Positions 25,672-36,580 of a DNA stretch of 64,000 nt are shown in pieces. Source of the stretch: Heteronotia binoei (taxonomy: Eukaryota); the NCBI RefSeq assembly GCF_032191835.1, contig NC_083236.1, positions 34,162,001-34,226,000 of the forward strand, given 5' to 3'. The notes under the pieces are model-generated. The model was not told where the DNA came from, searched no databases, and saw nothing but the letters and a program-made list of their open reading frames with translations. Made by a program: the position numbers and the translations under genes. Numbering within the stretch: position 1 is the first letter of the stretch; each line of letters starts with the position of its first letter.

Positions 25672-27087
25672 CTGGGGAAGAGAAGGAGAAAAGTCAATGG
25701 CAAATGGAGTGATGGGCTGGATGCGACCAGTTTTTCTGTAGGCAAAAAAGAAAGATTCCCCTGTTGGCTAACAAATAAAATCTGTGCTGCGGGTGATGGG
25801 ACCTGGATTTTAAAAAAGAATGTCAAACAGGGACTGTAGTAAGGAGGGAAACTAGGTGAGAAACTGGTTTACTGGACGGTAACATCCTGAGCTCCCATTT
25901 GAGCAGTTATAGTCTGCGGTGCTCTGACCTGGATGGCCCAGGCTGGTCTAATCTTATCAGATCTCAGAAACTAAGCAGAGTCGGCCTTGGTTAGCACTTG
26001 GGTGGGAGACCACCAAGGAAGTTCAGGGTTGCTAAACAGAGGCAGGCAATGGCAAACCACCTCTCAACATCCCTTGCCCTGAAAACCCTATGGGGTTTCA
26101 GCATAAATCAGCTGTGACTTGACAGTACTTTCCATCACCAGTCTAGGCAGAGGATGCCTAATTTCTGTGCAGGAAGTCACAGGTTCAGCCTCTAGTATAG
26201 TCAATTAAAAGAACTGCAGATAGCAAGAAAAGCTTCTTCCGGAGAATCAACGCCTGGCAGAACAGGAAATCCCACACTAATGGATTGGACTATATAAAAT
26301 TACTTCATGTTTAGCCATAAGGAAATTCCCTGAGGCAGAACTCAGTTTCCTGCTGGAAATTTCAGTGTTTTGAAAAACTGTTTCATTTTTTTTTTCTCCT
26401 GACAAGAGCCTCTGTGCAGGCTAGAAGATGAAGTTTTTCCCATCTGGGAAACGTTTTGCCTGCTGAATTTCTGCTTGGTGTACAACAGTTAAAAGGCCTG
26501 TTTCTAAAACAGACATGATTAGAAAACCCTGTGCCCTCTTTCATGTTTGGTTATAATGTTTGCATAAATGCCAGTTTGTAAGTGGCATCAGGGATTTGGA
26601 GCCTCCAGAACATTTGTGAGCTGAAATGCATGCTTGTCTCTTTCTTGCAGCCTCTGGAGGTAACTGAAACTGTAACCGAATGAAATTATTTTATTGCAAT
26701 TCTATTTTTAATTCTATGTGGTTTTAACTGTTGTTAGCAGCCCTGAGTATGTCAGGGGAGGGCGAGATATAAATATAATATAATAAAATAAATTCACACA
26801 ACATGAGGAAATATGTGCCCATTCTGTGTAGGGCCAGTCTTGGAACCCAGCCTGATCCTGCTACACCAACAACCATCAGACATGCTGTGCCTATGTGAGA
26901 CCCCCTGCCCCCAAAGAAAGGGTTGCCACTTCAGAAGGGTGGAGGCAGAGGGGGGGACTTTCTGCAAGATATAAAACCCTTGGCTTGGACCAAAAATGTA
27001 TTTGAGATCATACTGCAATCCCCTCCTCTCAAAAAACCACCCATGTATTCTGAGCATTTTTATGCTTTTTTATAAATACCCTGTAAC

Positions 27088-27340
27088 CAATACTCTCTGT
27101 AAGCTCTGAAGCCTTGTGAGAAAAATTCTACTTTGGCATTAAAGTTGTGAGTTACTGCATAAATTAGCTTGCTCTGGGGCCATTTTTCCTGGGCTAAGAC
27201 AAAAATTTGTGAGCTGGAGGCTAAAAAATTGTGAGCTAGCTCACACTAACTAAGCTTAGAGCAGGGGTGTCAAACATGCAGCCCAAGGACCTCCAGAGGG
27301 CTCCTAGTAGGCCTGCAACAACTGTCTGTCATCTGCTTCT

Positions 27341-27396
<56 letters not shown>

Positions 27397-28286
27397 TTTT
27401 TATTTGTATCCTGCCCTCCCCGCAAGCAGGCTCAGGGCGGCTCACAACATGTGAATACAGTGTACAATAAAACCATATATAATAATTTCAATTATAAATT
27501 CCAGTTATAAATTCATATACAATTTTAGTTATAAAATATCCTTAAAATCATTAAAATTACATTAGAGTTAAGATTGTGGTGCTATAGTTAAGATCTTTCA
27601 TAAAATCCAATGACTAAAACATAAACATATCCAGCTTGGTGTACAAGAGTTAAAAGGCCTGTTTCTAAAACAGACATGATTAGAAAACCCTGTGCCCTCT
27701 TTCATGTTTGGTTATAATGTTTCTTGCTTGCTTCCTTCTGTAATATAGTTTGCTCTGCCAGGCTTGCTTAATCGCACAGGAGCTACAGAGCAAAGCCTCT
27801 ATTTTCTTCATTGGCTGACTAGCACATGAAACAACTTATGTACAAAAGCTCTCAATGCCCTGCCATTTCATGTTTTCCCCTAGGTGTTAGGCTCAAAGCA
27901 TTGACCATGAGATTTCTGTAATGAATGTCAATGAATCAAAAGTAGGTTTACAACTTACAGACACACACCTGAACAACAATTGAACAGCATACTCAAGATT
28001 GCTATAGCACAGACATTGTCTCCAGATTTGGATGCAATTATTTAGAGCAAGTGGTGGCAGTTAATTAGAAACTATTAAATAAACAAAATATTGCAAGGGT
28101 GATAATCTTTTAAGCATTTTTTTTAAAAGATATTTAATTGTGTTTGTCTGTGTCCTTTATAAAGTTTATATCTCCACTACATGGCATTACATTTATGACA
28201 CACGTGGCCCAGCCCGACAAAGTCTTATTTATGCTAGATCTGGCTCACATAAACGAATGAATCTGACACCCTAAGAGGGAACATTG
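27088..28286. mobile_element. Nested stack: outer hAT MITE containing a second hAT (27262-28272), which contains an (AAT)n-tailed LINE-like 3' fragment
   Basis: Outer termini CAATACTCTCTGTAAG / CTAAGAGGGAACATTG with flanks CCTGTAAC / CTTGTAAC (7/8). Inner CAGGGGTGTCAAAC element is homologous to 42447-43092. Confidence 0.7.
27343..27396. repeat. (AAT)18 microsatellite, tail of a reverse-oriented retroposon fragment
   Basis: Read directly; followed by TTTATTTGTATCCTGCCCTCCCC...GCTCAGGGCGGCTCACA, seen elsewhere in the window as a LINE/SINE 3' end. Confidence 0.95.
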
Positions 28287-28609
28287 CTTGTAACTACACC
28301 AATGTTACCCACTTAGAATCACAGAGTTGGAAGTGTCCAGGGTCATCTAGTCCAGTCCCCTGCATAATGCAGGAAATTCACAAATACCGTCCCCACCCCT
28401 AAATTCACAGGATCTGCATGTCACTTTATACTCTTGTCACTTTACATTCCTAGAACACAGGCCCATTTAATTGCCTGTCAATATGGTCACTTGGTTTATG
28501 GAGTTCAACAGATGTTCCGCCACTACTGGACTTTGGCTCATTACGTGGGAAGAGAGAGTGAGCATGGGTACACTAGCCCTGCCCACTGTGTAACTGCCTA
28601 GACATCGGG

Positions 28610-28910
28610 AAAGGAAAGGTCCCCTGTGCAAGCACCAGTCATTTCCGACTCTGGGCTGACGTTGCTTTCACAATGTTTTCACGGCAGACTTTTTACGGGG
28701 TGGTTTGCCATTGCCTTCCCCAGTCTTTTACACTTTCCCCCCAGCAAGCTGGGTAATTATTTTACCGACTTCGGGAGGATGGAAGGCTGAGTCAACCTTG
28801 GGCCGGCCACCTGAATCCAGCTTCCGCCAGAATCGAACTCAGGTCATGAGCAGAGAGTTCAGACCACAGTACTGCAGTACTACTGCTTTACCAGTCTGCG
28901 CCACGGGGCC
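28610..28910 (-). mobile_element. SINE with Meta-like core and RTE tail (Squam2-like)
   Basis: Reverse complement of the 40430-40727 copy; a partial copy lies at 36205-36372. Confidence 0.75.
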
Positions 28911-28962
28911 GCACTAGTCATCTGAGGACTATGCAAAAGAAGAGTTACACATCACCTTCTCA

Positions 28963-29230
28963 TGTGTGGACTCTTATCTGGGAGAACCGGGTTTGATTCC
29001 CCACTCCTCCACTTGCAGCTGCTGGAATGGCCTTGGGTCAGCCATAGCTCTGGCAGAGGTTGTCCTTGAAAGGGCAGCTGCTGTAAAAAGCTGTCTCAGC
29101 CCCACCTACCTCACAGGGTGTCTGTTGTGGGGGAGAAAGATAAAGGAGACTGTGAGCCACTCTGAGATTCGGAGTGGAGGGTGGGATATAAATCCATTAT
29201 CGTCGTTGTCGTCATCATCTTCCTCTTCCC
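28963..29230 (+). mobile_element. Squam3-like SINE, 5'-truncated
   Basis: Near-identical to 7520-7772. Confidence 0.85.
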
Positions 29231-30008
29231 CTCCATGACGAGTGACATTATGAGCATTGCTGATGATCACAGGGAGGGGGTGTACACACAGCCCATTCCT
29301 CCACCGAGTCACACTCTGCAGATAACCAGGCAATTGCACCCAAGCAGGGGTTGGGGATGGTGTGTGTGTGCCCATCTACGCTCCTTGCATGATGAGTCAA
29401 TGCATGGGATGGGTGTGTCTGTACAGGGCTAGTGATAAGAGTTTGCTGTTGGGAAATAATCGCGCAGGTCCTTCAACTCACAGACAGGTGGGTCTGAAAT
29501 GGCACCTTTGCTCTACTAGCCCTTGTGGAGTTCACACAATGCGTGCTAGGCACTGTAGCTCAGTTCTGTCCCATTTGGCGTGCTCTTTCACAAACAGGAA
29601 AGGAGGCTAGTTAAAAATGAAAATCAAACAAGGGCTTGAACCAAAGTTGCGCTGGAGCAGTGGGGACAAAGGCAGAAGGCTTTGTGACTCACCTGCTGTT
29701 ATTTTTATGGATCTTTGATAAGGAGACAATCTCGAACCGACCTACCCATCAACTCTCTAAAAAACGGAAATGGCACCAGTGCAGGAACTGCTGCTTCCCA
29801 CATATCACTGGCCAGACTGCAGTTGACAAAGGTAGCTAGGAAGAGTGTCACATTTCTATCCACCTAAAGCATAAGGTCACAGGCTAAAGACAAACCCGAT
29901 TACCTTGCACATGGCTACTTTTCACATCATCAGTGGAAGGCGGCAGCCCTTCAGCCAATCTCTGGGCCATGTAGCATGCAACAGGGCCTGAGGATTCAAA
30001 ACACGTAC

Positions 30009-30150
30009 CTGCAAATGCCAACTTGAATGCTTTGAACACCTGAGGCTTCTGCTCCGGTTTTCCATAGAGTGAGGGCAGGAGAATGTTTTCAGAGGTCGAC
30101 TGGACAAAGAGGTAAGCACTTCCCACCCAGGCATCAGCGCTGTCACCCAT
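30009..30150 (-). CDS. TRADD: TRADD first coding exon
   Basis: Acceptor TTTTCTTGTAG| at 30162/30161, then 11 nt of UTR, ATG in strong context (AAAAATGG). MGDSADAWVGSAYLFVQS matches the TRADD N-terminal WVGSAYLFV motif. Donor G|GTACGT; 142 nt. Confidence 0.97.
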
Positions 30151-30357
30151 TTTTCCGCCAGCTACAAGAAAATATTGAGTCACACAGAATAAACATCAGA
30201 TGTTTGAGAGCCACAAGACATGAATGTCAGATGTGGGAGGGAGGGAGGGAAGGAAGGAATGGGAGGGAGAAGTGAAAAGAAATCAACTTTAACTGTAAAT
30301 ATATTCTCCCAGCTGCCAGCTGGCTTGGCTTGGCAAACTGATTTAAAGAAAGAAATG

Positions 30358-30447
30358 CCTTCTCCAAGCTGGCTGACTGGAGGGAGGGCTTCAAGAGCCC
30401 TTCTCCCTTCTCCAAGCTGGCTGACTGGAGGGAGGGCTTCAAGAGCC
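30358..30447. repeat. 48-bp tandem duplication inside a hAT fragment
   Basis: CCTTCTCCAAGCTGGCTGACTGGAGGGAGGGCTTCAAGAGCC starts at both 30358 and 30406. Confidence 0.9.
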
Positions 30448-31444
30448 ACACAATATGCATAAAAGAGCCACATGTTGCTCCTGAGCCACAATTTTGCCAC
30501 ACCTGCTCTAGCGCTTGGATAAAAATGAAATCTAAATTCATGAAAAAGGTAAACCCATGTCACTGGCAGTCTTTAAGCAGCAGCTGGATAAACACTTGTC
30601 AGGGATGCTCTAGGCTGATCCTGCATTGAGCAGAGGGTTAGACTAGATGGCCCCATTCAACTCTGTGATTCTGTGACTAGGACAATGTTTAAAGCACCTC
30701 TCGGCACCATGTATTTTGGAAGCAGATTCAGAGTTAGTGTTTGTTGTTGCACATGGCATGCAAAGGGATGCAGCATTGGCTCTCCATCACTTTTCTACAA
30801 ATGGGTAGCTGGTGTAATCCAGTGCACGGTTTAACAGCGTGATCCTATGCATGCGTGCTTCAAACATCCTGTGTTCCATGAGATGTACTGCAATGAACTG
30901 AAGCAGAAATTAATGAATCAGAAGCTGCACTCAAATAGTTAGGCAGACTCAGGCAAACTGTCTTTCCTAAGTCTACTGCTTTACGGGGTTGCCAACAGGC
31001 CTGGAGAAAAACATCCTGTCCCCTTAACAGAGGCTTAATTATTGTAAGCGGGCAGTCAAAGCTTTTCATGGCATAGAAGCAAATAACATCTCCTGGTAAA
31101 TATAACTGCTAAAGGGTCAGGGAATTTTTCTCCAGGCCTTTGAGCAGCCCTAGGAAGTAAGGGCCCAACTAGGCATGCAGTCTGATTTCCAGATTGCAAA
31201 AGGGGCACACAAGCTGAGGCTGGTAAACTCACGATTCACTTGCTCACAAATAAACAACTCTATCATTCTATAAGTGTTCATTCCCCTCTAGCCAAGCATG
31301 AACAGAATGGCAGGAAAGCACCAAGGAGGAAAAACACCACCAATCTCACCCTACATGCAAATTTCACTGATTGCGGGGATGCAATCATTTTCATTATGGT
31401 TGAGGAATATGTGGGATTCTAGAAGCTGGGCTCATTGCAGACGA

Positions 31445-31620
31445 GAGGCCATAGCTCAGTGGTAGAGCATGTGCTTTGCACGCAGAAGGTCCCAGGTTCA
31501 ATCCCTGGCATTTCCAGTTAAAAAATACTTCGTAGGTGATGTGACAGACCTCAGCCAGAGACCCTGGAGAGCTGCTGTCAGTCAGAGAAGACAATACTGA
31601 CACTGACAGACCAATGGCGG
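31445..31620 (+). mobile_element. tRNA-derived SINE (second family)
   Basis: tRNA-like head GGCCATAGCTCAGTGGTAGAGCATGTGCTTTGCA...GGTTCAATCCCTGGC, then a shared body GAGACCCTGGAGAGCTGCTG. Copies at about 6325-6480, 17278-17450, 33510-33705(-) and 37040-37225. Confidence 0.8.
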
Positions 31621-31793
31621 AAGGTGACCAAAAAGGCAGTTTCATGCATTGAAGTCAGAACAAGTTTTATCTCTTCCCCTTTTACCCATTCCCTTCCCAT
31701 GGCTAACTGGAGGCTGTCCCCACTGCTCTCTGTGGCACAGAGCATGCAGCAGAAAGAGGTGAATGAGATGAAAGAGCACCAAAGTGATAGAAC

Positions 31794-31974
31794 CAGGGCT
31801 TTTTTGTAGCAGAAACTCCTTTGCACATTAGGCCACACACACTTGATGTAGCCAATCCTCCAAGAGCTTGCAGGGCTCTTAGTACAGGGCCTACTGTAAA
31901 CTCCAGGAGAATTGGCTACATTAGCAGTATGTGGCCTAATGTGCAAAGGAGTTCCTGCTACAAAAAAAGCCCTG
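31794..31974. mobile_element. Palindromic hAT MITE (CAGGGCTTTTTT family)
   Basis: Fold-back CAGGGCTTTTTTGTAGCAG...CTGCTACAAAAAAAGCCCTG; no TSD visible. Confidence 0.85.
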
Positions 31975-32175
31975 CGCCTTTATAAGCAGAACACTGGCAC
32001 AACAGATCAAAGACTAGCCTAGAACCATTCTTCCTGATATGCTCTGAAAAAAACCCAAAACGTTGAAGAGAGTTTTTGCCTGGGAAAGCATTAAAGCGAA
32101 CTCTCCCCACCTCCTGTCTTCAGTGGCACGGCCCTTTTTCCACCTCAGAATCTGACCAGCACTTTCTGTTGCAGA

Positions 32176-32770
32176 TAGGCTTCCCAACCCTCCCGCCCTG
32201 GCGGGGGACCCCAGGATTTCCACCCTCTTCCCCCGCTCCCCCAAAAAATGGAAGCGGGGGAGAGGGGGGAAACGGCGCCGGGGAGCGGGCAAGGCCGCCG
32301 CGCCGCTGCCACCCCCTCCCCGCCCACCGCAGTTGCTCCTCCGAGATGGGCCCAGGCTGAGCCCATCTCGGAGGAGCAGCCAAGAGGCGGCAGCAGCGCA
32401 GGGGAGGGCAAGGCAGGCCAGGAGCATGGCGAGCCGCGAATCCGGGCCCTTCTAGGACCCGGACTTGCGGCTCGCCATGCCCCCGGCCCGCCTCCACCCC
32501 CCCTCCGCTTCCACCCCAGAGGCGGAGCGGGCGAGGCCGCCGCGCCGCTGCCGCCTCTTCTCTGCTCACCGTGGCTGCTCTCCGAGATGGGCTCAGGCTG
32601 AGCCCATCTCAGAGGAGCAGCCACGGCGAGCGGAGAAGAGGCGGCAGCTGCGGGGCGGCTCGCCACGCTTCCCAGCACCGTTTCCCCCCCTCCCCCTAGC
32701 TCCACCCCAGTGTCTCCTGGCTCCACCCCCAAAGTCCCCAGATATTTTTGGGGTTGGCTTGGCAACCCTA
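32176..32770. mobile_element. GC/CpG-rich non-autonomous hAT element with two internal palindromes
   Basis: Termini TAGGCTTCCCAACC / GGCTTGGCAACCCTA; perfect 8-bp TSD GTTGCAGA at 32168-32175 and 32771-32778. Confidence 0.88.
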
Positions 32771-33281
32771 GTTGCAGACTGGGCCTGAACCCAGCATTAG
32801 GCCAGCCCAGTGACTGAGGCCCTGATCCAGTAAAGGGGGAGTTGTGCTTCAGAGGTGGAAAGTGCCTCAACTGATAGCAATCTCAGAGGGCTTTCAAGGC
32901 AAGAGATGTTCAGAGGTGGTCTGCCATCACCCATCTCCATGTCACGCCCTGGTATTCCTTGGTGTTCTCCCATCCAAATAGAAGCCAGGGCTGACCCTGC
33001 TAAGCTTCCAGGACCTCATGAGATCAGGTTAGCCTGGGCTATCCAAGTCAGGACTTTACATGTCGCACCTTGACAATATTCCTGAAGACTTATTCCAAGG
33101 ACAGGAGAACAATATAAGCCACTTTGGGACCCCACTGGGGTATAAATTAAGTAGGCAAATGTTACTAATATTAGTATACGCTAGTAACACTTGGGCAGCA
33201 ACTACCATACATTGCCAAACACTATGCTATCGTTGCTCTATAGCAGTAATTCACAACTGGGTTTTCCTGTGTGGACATGAC

Positions 33282-33454
33282 CAGGGGTGGAATTCTAGCA
33301 GAAGCTCCTTTGCATATTAGGCCACACACCCCTGCTGTAGCCAATCCTCCAAGAGCTTACAAGGCTCTTTTTTTTTGTAAGCCCCTGGAGGACTGGCTAC
33401 ATCAGGGGGTATGACCTAATATGCAAAGGAGCTCCTGCTAGAATTCCACCCCTG
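33282..33454. mobile_element. Palindromic hAT MITE (CAGGGGTGGAATTC variant)
   Basis: Perfect TSD GACATGAC at 33274-33281 and 33455-33462. Confidence 0.9.
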
Positions 33455-34319
33455 GACATGACAATACAGTTGCAAAGTACACAACTGCATAATACACAAT
33501 GGTGAGCATATGGATGAATCTGCTTTACACTGAATCAGACCCTTGGCCCATCAAAGTCAGTACTGTCTACTCAGACTGGCAGGGTCTTAGGCAGAGGTCT
33601 CTCCCAACACCTACTGTCAGATCTTCTGACTGGAGATGGCAGGGACTGAACCTGGCACCTTCTGCATGCAAAGCAGATGCTCTACCACTGAGCCACAACC
33701 CCCCAGACAACTAAAGATGCAGCCTTCAAGTGTGCCTATTAGTCCCTGGTTCAAATCCTTTTAGCAGCCTGAACAGCCCAGTTTAGCACTGGCTCATCAG
33801 AGCCTGGAGCTAAGCAGGGTAAGCCATGCTCAATACTTGAATGGGGAGCTCACCATGGAAGGCTGGGATTATTATGTGCCTGCCTGGAATGCCCTGTAGA
33901 CTTGGTTCCATTGCAACTTGACAGCTTGTTCTCCTTCAATCTCTCCTGCCACAAATTAGGCAATCCACAGGGAAGCCATTCACAATGATTCTCCACCCTG
34001 GCTCTCCTATTGTTCATCCCACTGCCCTACCTTTCAGGGTTGGGATCACGATTACTGAAACAGGATGCCAAGCACGACAGAATTGCTAAGCATTCCTGTT
34101 AAGGCGCACTGGTTCTCCCCCACCCCACACACACCTTGCAAAGGAAAATCCACTTCCTCCTTTCTGGCCTTTTAGGAAACAGGACAAATCAAATTTGGTT
34201 TCAGGGCCTTCCTGGCACCAAACTGATTTATTTTGCAGGAATCAACCCAGAAAGGTTATTAACCCTTTGCTCTGTCCTGGAGGGCTCCCCCACCCGATGT
34301 GCTTTTTCGCTTAATTTAC

Positions 34320-35220
34320 AAAACGCGTAATCCACAGCACATCGGACGAGGGAAACGTCCCGTTTTACCGATTTCGATCACAAAGGTGGTTGTTAAACTA
34401 ATAGATCCAGGTGGATCACTAAAAGGCACGACGCCTACTCTGGTTTCTGGGACTTCATTTCGGCCACCTCTCCCATAGAAAACCAAATAACATTCAATAT
34501 GGAAGCTCCGGTTTCCTGGAATGAGATGTTTTCCCGGAGTGCCCAAAAAGCGAAACTTTTCCTCCTAACCTTTCCCCTTCCGATCTTGTTGGGAAATTCT
34601 CTTTCTTTCTTTTTAAAAAATAGCTGCTGCAGGAGAAAACTTGTTCTCCCCCTCCCGCCTGTTTTTGCTGCTTTTCTTTCCTCCAGGGCCAAGCCTAAGC
34701 TGAATGCAAAGAAAGCGATCACGCCCAGAGGTCTCCTGCAACCCCCCAAGCGGGGTGCATTTTGGCACCGTGGGGGTCTCGCCCTTGCTCAGTCTGGGAC
34801 CTTGGATCGCTAAGGGCCGCATTCTCTTTGCCAGCCCCCTTCCCCGGTTGACAGGAGCCCGCCCCCCCCCTTACCTTCCTCGGCCAAGGGTGCCCCCAAT
34901 CCCTCCCTCCGCACACGCGTCCGAGAGCTAGCAAATGCCGGCGCCTTCCGCCCCTGCGCATTAGCACCGTAGAAATTTAGATACGGCTATTAAGGGGCTG
35001 GGGATGTCCAGATCCCTTAGCAACACTGTGATCTCCCCCGCCCTCCAGTTGCGTGGGAAAAGTTAATAGAAGTTTTGCAATGCATGAGACCTTGGGAATC
35101 GTCTTTTTATGATACCGTCTGACAAAATGTGACTTTTTGCATGGGCTTCTAAAAACCATTATTTCCTTCGGTTTAAGGGAACCTCCTCTGTTCTCACGGC
35201 TTGCAGAGCTCCGTGCTTAC
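34320..35220. promoter_or_regulatory. CpG-rich region, probable TRADD promoter and first exon/intron
   Basis: Dense CpG relative to flanks, GC box (CCGCCC), TGCGCA, and a strong minus-strand donor. Promoter role is inferred. Confidence 0.65.
34875..34960 (-). other. TRADD: Candidate non-coding exon 1 of TRADD (5' end approximate)
   Basis: Donor GAAG|GTAAGG at 34875/34874 inside the CpG-rich region; the first coding exon begins with an acceptor, so an upstream exon is required. Confidence 0.6.
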
Positions 35221-36384
35221 TGACTGGCTACACGATCTGCCACTCGTAGCAAGCCTCCCTTGGCCATTGGGTTGGTTAAAGGTCCTCCCAGTGGCAGCCT
35301 CACCAGGAAGTTCAAGCACCCAATCAGGGACAACCCCAAAGAACGTTAGTTGAAAGCAGCTCAGATAGGTGTGGTAGTTCGTGACAGCGAAAGGTGCAGG
35401 AGGGCTGGATTCGAACTGAGAACTCTGCCCAGGAAAGGAGGCTGAAGTTGGTTCTTTCCCAGTAGAATTGCCAACCTGTTTCCGAACTATTGCATTATTG
35501 ACATTAAATCTTGTTTACTAAGAAATATTAATTGTAGCCAGGCCTCAGATTCAGCAGACGCTCACAGGAGCAGAGCTCCTGAACCTTTCTGAGGGTTCCC
35601 CCTCTTCCTCCCACCTATCTACCTTGTCCACTGAATAGTTGGTGCAGCTGCATAACAATCCCTGGATTAGGAGAGCGGGCAGGCAGGCAGCCAGCCACCA
35701 AGGGCTTTGCCACGCCGCCAGTAGCCCTCATTAACCCCTTGAGAAGCCCATGTCACCCTTTCTCCACTTCTTATGCGATTTTGGGTGGCAGGTGACTTGC
35801 TGGCCTTTTGACTGGGGGTGGGTGGGTCAGGAGAGCCCCAGGCAAGCGAGGCCTGCTTGTGCTGGCTGAATCTCTAGCCAGCCCAAACAGGCCTCGCTCG
35901 CCCAGGGCTCTCCTTTCTTGCATTGGGTTGCTTTTGGCTGCTGGGGGGGGGAGCATATGCTAATGAGCTCCACCACCTATTTTTCTTCAAAATGACCCCT
36001 GATTGCAGCATACGGTGTTTCCTAGTCCAAAGCCCAGTTCTTGTGCCAGCTGCTCCAAAGTGGGAGTGCCCCCATGACAATCACACAGGCAGACACTGGG
36101 GCCAGGCTGTCCCCCAAAACAATCTTTGGACCACCCCTAAGGACACATCCCCACACTCCAGAGACTGTCCCAACAGACTGTCCCCTTCTCCCCACTCTTA
36201 CAGTATAGGGAAAGGTCCCCTGTGCAAGCACCAGTCGTTTCCGACTCTGGGGTGACGTTGCTTTCACAACGCTTTCACAGCAGACTTTTTACGGGGTGGT
36301 TTGCCATTGCCTTCCCCAGTCTTTTACACAAACTCAGGCCGTGAGCAGAGAGTTCACATCACAGTACTGCATTGTGATTCCTGC

Positions 36385-36580
36385 ATTGTGATACAGATCA
36401 AAATTGCATTGGCCTTTTTAGCTACCAAATCACACTGCTGACTCATGTTCAGTGTATGGTCCACTAAGGCCCCCAGATCCTTTTTACACATACTGCTGCC
36501 AAGACAAGTCTCCCCCATTCTATAATTATGCATTGGATTTTTTCTACTTAACTGCAGAACCCTGTTAAAATTCATTTTAT
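36385..36580 (-). mobile_element. CR1 ORF2 internal fragment
   Basis: Translates ...NYRMGETCLGSSMCKKDLGALVDHTLNMSQQCDLVAKKANAILICI, typical of CR1 ORF2 downstream of the RT core. Confidence 0.85.

Noticed and set aside
31447-31520. tRNA-like sequence
   Set aside because: Runs directly into a SINE body shared by several dispersed copies; not a stand-alone tRNA gene.
32014-32870. Several overlapping ORFs of 94-241 aa on both strands
   Set aside because: Low-complexity Gly/Pro/Ala/Arg translations caused by a GC-rich, stop-poor hAT insert bounded by a TSD.
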